DNA of 64,000 bases from Eledone cirrhosa (taxonomy: Eukaryota), in the NCBI GenBank assembly GCA_964016885.1, contig OZ024741.1, positions 67,828,001-67,892,000 of the forward strand. Reading direction: 5' to 3'. The notes under the pieces were generated by a model, which saw only the letters and a list, made by a program, of their open reading frames with translations, did not search any database and was not told where the DNA came from. Both the position numbers and the translations under genes were made by a program. Of this stretch, positions 54,154-64,000 are shown one piece after another. Every line of letters starts with the position of its first letter. The first letter of the stretch is position 1.

Positions 54154-54516
54154 TTAACTCTTTAGCATTTAAAACGGCTGTATCCGGCCAGAATTCTCTC
54201 ACTTATTTTTGTTCAAACAGGCTGTAACCGGCTCTCGTACTTCTTCTTTTCGTATCTTCGAAGCATGTGGTTATATGACAGTTTCCCATTTCTTTATACA
54301 GCTCTTGGCATTATTATTAAATTCTGCGAGATCTTTTAAGCTGCACTGGTTGGGTAGTAGAGGGGAAACGAGGCACTGATGTTAAGGTACTGTTCTCAAA
54401 ATAAATAATATCAAAATCTCATGTATTCTATATTATGTGAGATAATTACGTGAGGTAAAGCCTTTACCACAAAAAATAATAGTATATATAGAGTAATGTA
54501 AATACTAAAGGGTCAA
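54154..54516. mobile_element. TTAA-flanked MITE (piggyBac-like termini) interrupting an old SINE
   Basis: TTAACTCTTTAGCATTT ... AAATACTAAAGGGTCAA (14/17 inverted match); SINE central domain on both sides. Confidence 0.55.
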
Positions 54517-54728
54517 GGAATTGGTAAAATAAATATCATTCACATACTGGGGTTGCTTATATCGACTCTATGATAGAATAACGCTATATGATATTAATTG
54601 AGGAATTTATTACTTTGGTTTTTAATTAACGTTATTGATAATTAAGTTAATATATTGCTGTCTTTCGAAAATTATATTGTATTTATTAGATAATTGATAA
54701 TTGATTTGTTGCTAAAATAATTTATTAT

Positions 54729-54799
54729 CATTTCTTTTTTCTCATTTCTTCTAGGTAAGTATTAATCGACGTTTTAAAGCCAGCCACCTGTTGGTAAGA
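54729..54799 (+). promoter_or_regulatory. Candidate recursive splice site (TAG|GTAAGT at 54754/54755) with 39-nt cryptic exon and downstream donor TTG|GTAAGA
   Basis: Pyrimidine tract TTTCTTTTTTCTCATTTCTTCTAG, no AG between 54690 and 54752, GCTAA at 54711-54715. Confidence 0.65.
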
Positions 54800-54916
54800 C
54801 GCGTTTTATTTACACCTCACTATAAATACTGTTATATTTTAGACTGCATTAAGTAATGATTTTATTCATAGATTTTTGTGTTGTTGCTGCGTAGTTGGTC
54901 TTGCAGATGTTGTTGT

Positions 54917-54960
<44 letters not shown>

Positions 54961-55625
54961 CCAAGAATATATATATATAATAATTCAATGTATCCATTTG
55001 TTCGTTTAAAAGTCGACAAGAGGTAATTTGAATGGTATTTGATTGTTATTTCCAACATGTCTTGCAACGGCGTGATGTCTTCCTTGTTGGCTGTTGATTG
55101 TGAAACTGGTGTAGTTTGGTGGAGTGATGGAGGATTTACGCGAAACTCACTCTATTAATTGTCATAGTAAAACAGCATTGATGCTTGTGTTTGTTGTTGT
55201 TGTTATTGTTATTGTTTACCACCTAGGTCATCTGTCAATTAACAAACTTATATAATCAAATCCGGTTAAGCGGTGACAAGCCCATTTTGATGTTTTCATT
55301 ATGTATTCGCCAGCAATAATTTATTATTATTCCCAAGCAACCACCAGGGAATATGTTTTCAATCCTTATATATTTGTTAGTTATCTTTATTTGGATAAGT
55401 TTTCCGTTTCTTTTAAAGATATATTGTAGTTGATAATATCTGATATAATAATTTCCATTAATCCCCTCCTTTGTCTGAATATGAAATATCCCAGATTATG
55501 CTTAATGTTATGTTTTCCTTTGAGAATTAGAAACGTTTTGTGGTGTACGTTTCTACCACTTCAAATCTGTCAGTATAGCGGTATGTCGTAGTACTGACAA
55601 AAAGGTATGGGTAATATATATATAC

Positions 55626-55704
<79 letters not shown>

Positions 55705-55708
<4 letters not shown>

Positions 55709-56063
55709 AACCAGTAAGACCCCGACAGCTGAGCTCAAGCCGTTTCGACGGCTAATTCTGGACTAAATGAAAATTTATCCTGGTATTTAAATAGCCGATC
55801 TTCTCAAGGGGTAATTCCATATATGGTCAAAGTGATTGTCAAAAATTTTTCACAATCACTTTGACCATATATGGAATTACCCCTTGAGAAGATCGGCTAT
55901 TTAAATACCAGGATAAATTTTCATTTAGTCCAGAATTAGCCGTCGAAACGGCTTGAGCTCAGCTGTCGGGGTCTTACTGGTTCCTATTACCCACTCTACT
56001 ACCTCAAGTATTGAGTACTTTGGTGCGTTATGGTCCACCTGGTTCCTTACCACATTTCCTTCG

Positions 56064-56067
<4 letters not shown>
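55705..56067 (+). mobile_element. Family-F hammerhead element as a 282-bp fold-back (55705-55986) plus unique tail, in (TA)n
   Basis: Palindrome centred at 55845/55846 (AAAAA|TTTTT). Confidence 0.9.
55879..55972 (+). ncRNA. Type I hammerhead ribozyme, U3-A8 core variant (family F); mirror copy at 55719-55812 on the minus strand
   Basis: ACCCC-TTGAGAA-GA(T)CGGCTA...TAGCCGTC-GAAA-CGGC TTGAGCTCA GCTG-TC|GGGGT. Confidence 0.8.
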
Positions 56068-56157
<90 letters not shown>

Positions 56158-56223
56158 ATGAATGTATGTATGCATGTATGTGTAAGAGAGAGAGAGAGAT
56201 TTAAAAGAGTCTAATTGTTGTTT

Positions 56224-56254
<31 letters not shown>

Positions 56255-56339
56255 ATATATATATATATATATATATGTCCCAAGGCTCTGATACCATCAA
56301 CACTATAAACACAGAGCTGACATATCTAAGAACTGACTA

Positions 56340-56395
56340 ACTGCCTGATGAGGTCATAGCCATTCAATGGCTATCGGCGAAATATAAATAGCAGT
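56340..56395 (+). ncRNA. Type I hammerhead ribozyme (family G) in short element 56277-56441 between (TA)n tracts
   Basis: ACTGC-CTGATGA-GGTC ATAGCCAT TCA ATGGCTAT CGGC-GAAA-TATAAA-TA|GCAGT, then AATAAA. Confidence 0.75.
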
Positions 56396-56436
56396 AAATA
56401 AAGGATTATGAATTCATGCAATTGACTTATGTTTCG

Positions 56437-56496
<60 letters not shown>

Positions 56497-56530
56497 TACA
56501 CGGGTGTGTATGATTGTGTATAGAAGATTA

Positions 56531-56938
56531 TATTAATAAAAGGAATTCCAACTTTGTCTGATTTACTCGTTTTATTTACAATCCTTTACAATTTATAATG
56601 GTATTAGAATGAAATAGTATGGTAGAATATTAATTATTAAGTGTTAATTGAACAAGTACTTTCATGCTTTCGCAATCTTCAGGTTCACATTCTGTGGTGA
56701 CAGTCAAGTTTGCAATTTTCAACAAAATTTACCCATCTCATTACAGTTGAAAATTGCAAACTTGACTGTCACCACAGAATATGAACCTGAAGATTGCGAA
56801 AGCATGAAAGTACTTGTTCAATTAACACTTAACATTTAATATTCTACCATACTATTTCATTCTAATACCATTATAAATTGTAAAGGATTGTAAATAAAAC
56901 GAGTAAATCAGACAAAGTTTGAATCCCTTTTATTAATA
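56531..56938. repeat. 193-bp inverted repeat with 22-nt spacer (family-E fold-back dimer) between (TA)n tracts
   Basis: 56531-56723 versus 56746-56938, a few mismatches. Confidence 0.92.
56782..56820 (+). ncRNA. Minimal hammerhead ribozyme (family E); mirror copy at 56649-56687 on the minus strand
   Basis: TGAAC-CTGAAGA-T TGC GAAA GCA T-GAAA-GTAC-TT|GTTCA; GNRA loop II; palindromic AGTACT stem III. Confidence 0.85.
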
Positions 56939-57020
56939 TATATATATATATATATACATATATATAGGGGGGATGTTTATGTATATGTATATGTATGGAT
57001 ATATATATCATATACATACA

Positions 57021-57081
<61 letters not shown>

Positions 57082-59365
57082 TTATACATATATATATATA
57101 TAGAGAGAGAGACAGAGATAAAATAGAGAGAGAGAGATAGAGAAAGAGAGATGTGCATGCATGTGTGTGTGGGAGGGAATGTATTCCGTTTTGTCATGCA
57201 AACAGAAACAATGCAGTTTATCCTTTTCCTCCCGACCTTCACATATTCATGTTTTAACTTATGTTCCTTGATAGTTTCTAGTGAGACGGTTTAGTTTTTA
57301 ACTCTTAATCAAATATCAACATGCTTATTAGTCGTGCTAGTTAAAGCAGCATTTTTAACCACGTTATAATTCAAGGTGTCGATAATTTGTGTACTCAACT
57401 GATATTCAGTATCATGAATATACAAAACTATTTACATTTATAAACAATGAAAGATTTAGAGAATAAGAATGGGTACACATTATTTTACGATCGTTTCGAG
57501 TTTGTGGAAATTTCACGCTATGGAGCTTACAAAAGGGTTTTCTCTCTGGCCTCTTCAGGAACAAAAGACTCCTTGAGAACCTTTTTTTCAAAAAGCCAAA
57601 GGGATTGCTAAACAATGGATTAATATTCATCCATTCTTTTATATATATATTTGTGTGTGTGTGTGTGTGTGTATGTGTGTGTGTGTCTGCGTGTGTGTGA
57701 GAGAGAAAGACAGAGAGAGAGAGTGTATGTGTGTGCACGCACTCATGTGTATGTGTATGAATCCCAATCATTAACTTCTCTTCATTCATAAAAATCTATT
57801 TACATATACCGCTTGATGACGAGTAACAAACAGTGGAGTCTTATATATCAACGTGAGTTCAAATTTATATGAAGGACATTTATAGAGAAGACATGAACAT
57901 TATATATTCATACCTTTTAGTCTCTGTATGTCAATATATTGATAAGTGCACTTTTCGGCTGCAGATATAAGATCGAGATCGACCGAACCAACGAAACGTT
58001 TTTGGATTCAACATTAAATCCAACTTCTGTTTTCTTACACTGATAGTATCCTTGAAATATACATTACCGTCATACTGTTTCCTTCGTTTCATGAATCTAT
58101 GAAATTCGTTACTCGCTGTCACAACTAAGAAATCAATATATTTGATAAAAGCTATAAAAATAAGAAACAAGCATGCTGTAAACTAAACATTATGCATTTC
58201 CATTGCAAGTTTCAGAAACCTGTACAATAAAGGAACCGATTGAACCCACTCATTCGAAAGAAATATACACCAATATTATTGATAGCTTTACAATAATCTG
58301 AGGACAAAATCAGTAATAGCTTTCATAACGAGATCTTCTGTGGGTAACCATTAATAATGAAATCAAAGGCAATGTATCCCATTTATCGTTCAACAAAATG
58401 TACAGGTATACCATTAACAATTATATTAGTATAGGCTTCAATTAACATGTAGTCAGAAGCCGAACAACTGGGAAAGCCTATCCAAGACGATAACATATTA
58501 AACATGCTATATTTCACGAACGGGAAGGCTCGTAGTCTAACCGGTAGGATATTAGATCATAAAATCGTGGGTTTCAATCCTAGACCGGGAGGTGCGTTGA
58601 GTTCTGACATGGGTTGCAACGTCAGATAGTATCACAAGTGGAAGCGAATGTATTGATTTATGTCTGTATAGATTTATGTAAGTCTATATGCTTTTTAATA
58701 TAATATATGTGTATTTGTGTTTCAAATTCGTATATTTCAGCAATAGATTATGCAAATGTATATGGTCTATTGCCTGTGATTATATATGTACATGCATATG
58801 TATATGTGTAATATGGGATGTTTTACCTGGCTGTCAGCGTTTGTGTGCATGTGTCTCTGTGTGTGTGTGTGTAAATTTTCCCAATAGGTATAAGGTGTAC
58901 AGTGTCATTTTCAAGATGTCGTTAATTCGTTCACTAAATCAATATTTGAAAATGAGAATTATATGTTACCCAGCATAGCATATCATTGCATAAGAATGAC
59001 ATAAATCTTTCATTGGTTCATGGGCTAGTAGTTTGGTTTGTAAACACCTAGTTCTTTGTTCAATCTTCCGGAATCACATATCCAGTACGTGACTTCTACT
59101 ATAACAAGAAAACCTGAAGTAGTTCAAAGCATTTTGAGTGGAATTTCTGAGTAGTTATTGCTGATTATGTCGGGGTCATATCTGACTCACCAGTACCGTA
59201 AACGACATCCTTTCAGACATGACTAATTCTTCCTTTGTTTCAGCGGGAGTTTGCTAGACGGCGCTAGCCGTCACCTTTTCAATATCCATACCCGGAAGGC
59301 TTTCCAAATGTTTATTTACTAAACATACCGTACGAAATTCGCACGCACGCACGCACACGCACAAC

Positions 59366-59479
<114 letters not shown>

Positions 59480-59505
59480 TGGGGGAGAGGGAGAGAGAGA
59501 TAGAA

Positions 59506-59693
59506 TAATAATTGTTTCTACTTTTGGCACAAGGCCATCAATTACCCAGTGCATTACTGGTACTTTATTTTATCGACCCCGTAAGGATGAAAGGCAAAGT
59601 GAACCTCGGCGGGATTTGAACTCAGACCGTAAAGGGACGTAACTATGCTGGAAAGCATAGCGTCCGACTCTCTACCGATACTGCCAATCCACC
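59506..59693 (-). mobile_element. Full-length SINE
   Basis: Matches the 30464-30654 copy. Confidence 0.92.
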
Positions 59694-61279
59694 AGAGATA
59701 GAATAATAATATTTGAAAATGCACCTCTTTTTTATATACACATGTAATATTAATTAACAAAAAAGACAAAAATTCACACCAAAAGAGGAAGATATAAACA
59801 AATTCCCTGAGGGTAGGGTTATGTTATAAGGAGTTTGCAGAAATAGTCATTACTCTTTATATAGTTTTTGTACTTAACCGGTTTAACCGCTTTTGAAAAC
59901 CTACTTATATCTTTGAAAACTGTAATTCATTTACATTATATTTTTATGGTAGGAATAAATTTTCTTTCACACATGTGCCATAAATTTTACATCTATATAT
60001 AAAAAATCATTAGATGCATCTTGAAACTTCTTTTTACTATTTTCCCTATATAACACGCTTTGTACAGCAACCCTTAATCTTATAACCCTATGTGCGTGTG
60101 GTGGGGACACATATTATTGCCTCGCGATAATAATATCGTTAACGGAACTATTTTTCTCTTTTCTTTGTAAATACATTTCTGCACACTTGATGAAGGTTTG
60201 AAATGGGGAAGAAGAGGGTTTGTTATTTAGTACATCACTAAAGCGACTGGAAGTTCTCGAGGTGGGACAGTGGTAGTTGTTTTTGTGTAACACTATTTAA
60301 ACAGATCTGTACCATTGTATTTCCACATATGACCATCATGTTATTAATGCGTATATGGTGCTACATTACTTTAATGCGTCCTCACATCATTAACAACCTT
60401 ATGTTCTATTTCTAGCAGATCGAGTGACTGGACACAGGCTCTCCCTAAATGATTGTATTAATAATTGCAATATTAATCTTTTTTTTTTAATTTCCATAAA
60501 ATTGACTTCTGGTGCAGTCGTTACATATATATAAATTGTGTTTTTTTTAATTTAGACCATAGTTTACATTGATTCCATGGAAACTTATGATCAGTTAGGA
60601 CTTTCAATAGCTGTGTGGTGATGAAAATACACAAAGCAGAATCGTTAAATCACCGTCAAAATTGTTTGCGGTATTTTCTTTTTACACTCTACATTCCGAA
60701 TTCAAATCCTGCCGAGATGAAATTTGCCTTGTATTTGTGGGGCAGTTTCGTCAGTGTATGGTACTTAATGAATGGTAGTTTGAAAGTCCACATTGACCTA
60801 AGTGAAATTTGAACTCAGAAGGTAAAGGTCGTGTCATTTTGTCCAACACTATAGTGATCCTATCAATCCTTCTCCCGGTAAGTTTAGTCTCGCTTCGTGA
60901 TAATATATTGTTGGCAAAAGCTCAAAAGATCATTTGCCTTGTATTCTACTGAGGTCAATAAAATAAAGTACTAACCAAGTACTAATATGATTTAATCCTC
61001 CAAAATTGCTGGCCATGTGCCTAAATTAGAAACCATTGTTAAAAGAATACACACAGTTATGACGTACCGGTTTCAATCTTATTTCGTGCCATATTTAGAA
61101 CGTATCTTTTACCATATCATGTGAGTGAAATTTGGTAGGAACAAACTGTTGAAGCACATGGGATGGCCTGTACATGTAAATTAAAGTACCGGCCTTGATA
61201 GACTCTGTATAAAGCTGATAAGGGAAGAGAATTATGTTAAAGTACAACTTTATGAAATACTCCACTGAGGATTCACCGA

Positions 61280-61775
61280 TATGTATATATGTATGTATGT
61301 GTGTGTGTTTGTGAATGCATCTACAAGTGTGTTCAATTATGTATGAATGTGTGTGTGAATGCATGGAAGTTTGTATTCATGTATGTATGTATTCAAGTAC
61401 GTATGTATTCAAGTATATGTACATGTATGTATGTATTTATGTATGTATATATGTATTTATGTATATGCATATGTATGTATATGTGTGTATGCATGTGTGT
61501 ATGCATGTAGGTATACATATATGTATGTATATATGTATTTATGTATATGCATATGTTTGTATATGTGTGTATGCATGTGTGTATGTATGTAGGTATACAT
61601 ATATGTATGTATGTTTGCATGTACGTATGTATTCAAGTATGTGTGTGTATGTACGTATGTATTCAAGTATATATAGATGTATCTACGCATGAGTGTGTAT
61701 GTATATATATGTATGTGTATATGTATGTATATATATGTATGTGTATATGTATGTATGGATGTATGGATGGATGCA
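61280..61775. repeat. Degenerate (TATG/TG)n low-complexity tract
   Basis: Directly visible. Confidence 0.9.
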
Positions 61776-61911
61776 ATAAGTTGTGATCCTATTATTAGGA
61801 GAAACGTGACTGGAAAGCGCTCTATATAATCCACTTAACAGATTTGTTTTGTGGCAGCAAAAAAAAAAAAGATAGAAAACAAACGTGTACTGGCAAAAAT
61901 ATTTTCTTCGG

Positions 61912-61948
<37 letters not shown>

Positions 61949-62753
61949 GTTACTTAAACATATGTTGATGTGGACGGTCACAATAGCAAGGAACAATAAC
62001 AGGAAATAATAATCATTATTATGAAAACAATAATAACAATAGTAGTAACTCGGCCAATGACAAAGAAACGATGACATCACAATATAAGTCTATATCTGAT
62101 AATGAATCTAGTTTTTATGCTTTTCTTTGTGTTAGTCTTCTTATGAGATTTTTGGGTAGTTTATAGTAGTGGTTACTGTGGATGTGATAGTGGTTGTTGT
62201 AGGGGTAATTGTGATGATAATTTTGGTTGTAGCGGTGGTCTTATGTTGTTGTCGGGGTGCGGTTGCCTCCTTTATTCATAACAATACAATATATATATAT
62301 ATCTGATGGTGGTAGAAATAATTCTAGTGTTTATTGTGCCCGCCTCATTATTCCCAATCATATATAAAATTGGTAAAACTTTTACCACATAGAGTTTCTA
62401 AATTTATTTAATTAGCATCTATGAGAAACCAGAATTATTCTTGACTACTAAACCGATGACTGATCAATCAATTTAAAAAGGGTCAGACCACTATGAGCGT
62501 GACCCCAAGCTTATAGATTAACCTAGTAGAATGATAGTCTATACGTCGTCAGTTCGAATTTGTTGCAGTTGTTTCTTTTCAAATTTCGTCCATGATCTGT
62601 AGATTAGGCTATCCTGGGAGATTTCTGTATCATATCAGTTGTTATTTCAGAAGTGGTTGCTGGCTCTTGTCTCAACTTTTCACCATTTCTGGGGAAATAA
62701 ACACATTGAGTGGGATTCCTCAATCCTTGTGACAGCACAACGTCACCTATTTT

Positions 62754-62917
<164 letters not shown>

Positions 62918-64000
62918 AATCAAGCTCTCGTACTTCCCAGGTAATTCTGGTTTGATCACTTTATAATGTATTACTTCAGTTGAACCAGCGGTCTAGAAAA
63001 TGAGCCTCGTATTCTGAGAATATAACCTTCGACAGGCTGGCGTCTTATATCGAGGAAATATTTATCTCGGCCTCAGCTAACACCATACATACATTTAAGC
63101 TCAGAACTGCCTTCTCAAAGCCATTTACTACATCGTGTATTATTTAGTAGTACTTTCGACCTTATCACATAAGTCTATTATTACGCTGTTCCAGAAGGCA
63201 TTCTATAAAACGGCGGCTAAACTCAAACGTGTTTGGCGACGAGAAAAACAAATATAAATGCACAAAACACTATTTTATTGATTTTGAAACTGTTAACACA
63301 AATTATACGTTAAATATTTTATAATATTGAGTTTTTTCTGTGTATTTTCTGAATTCAGAAAATAGAAAGTATAGCATTGTTGACGATAATAATTATGGTA
63401 GTGTTGTTGGTATTGGTATTGGTGAGAGCGCTGATGATGACGACGACAACAACACTAAATATGGTGATAATGATCTCAAATATTGACACAAGGTCACAAT
63501 TTTTGGTGGATAATACAGCTGATTAACACCATGGAGTAAGTATATTTCAGGTGTTCTCATTTATTCGTCTATAAGAGATGAAAAGCAGTCAACTTTGAGA
63601 TTATTTGAAATCGGGGCGTTAGGCTATGTAACTAAATACCACAATGCATTTTGTCCTGCCTTGATATAACTTCATCATTTGCTGTAAGCGGCCCTAATTA
63701 TGATAATATGTTTCTGGTTTTGGTATAAGGCCAGAGATTTATAGCGCATGTTAGTCAGTGTATGGTATTTAACGAATGGTAGTTTGAAAGTCCATATTGA
63801 CCTAAGGAAGATTTGAACTCAGAATGTAAGGGTCTTGTCATTTTGTCCAACACTATAGTGATCCTGTCAATCCTTCTCCTTGTAGTTTAGTTTTGCTTCG
63901 TGGTAATATATTATGTTGGCAAAAGTTCAAAAGATCATAACTGGGGGTGGGAGAGAAGCGTAAATAACATCGAGTTAGTACTTGGTTGAGAGAGATATTA

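Noticed and set aside
58528-58600. tRNA-like box A/box B sequence (also 29927-29993)
   Set aside because: No complete cloverleaf or acceptor stem; these are SINE heads, not tRNA genes.
62925-62946. CCCAG|GTAATT as a third recursive site
   Set aside because: Short pyrimidine tract directly after a polypurine, AG-rich repeat and a weaker donor.

Overview
Eukaryotic, AT-rich, microsatellite-saturated non-coding DNA. The repeat inventory suggests an octopod cephalopod (inference). No host protein-coding exon is recognisable; almost all ORF-track hits are simple-repeat artefacts. The real coding remnants are all retroelements: a near-intact ~6 kb Tx1/L1-clade LINE plus two truncated relatives stacked in (AAT)n at 41.4-51.4 kb, a Penelope RT/GIY-YIG fragment, and R4/Dong, RTE and CR1-like fragments. 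About 20 copies of a tRNA-derived SINE are also present. Three hidden signals stand out. (1) At least seven sequence-distinct families of type I hammerhead-ribozyme cassettes (Penelope pLTR/retrozyme-like) lie in or beside (TA)n tracts, often as fold-back dimers; they include a U3-A8 core variant and U10.1-U11.1 variants with compensatory stem changes. (2) Two candidate recursive splice sites (YAG|GTAAGT, short cryptic exon, TTG|GTAAGA) lie 41 kb apart on the + strand, suggesting the window is inside a giant intron. (3) The SINE 3' tail resembles the 3' end of the (AAT)n-associated Tx1 LINE. All coordinates and pairings were read by eye.
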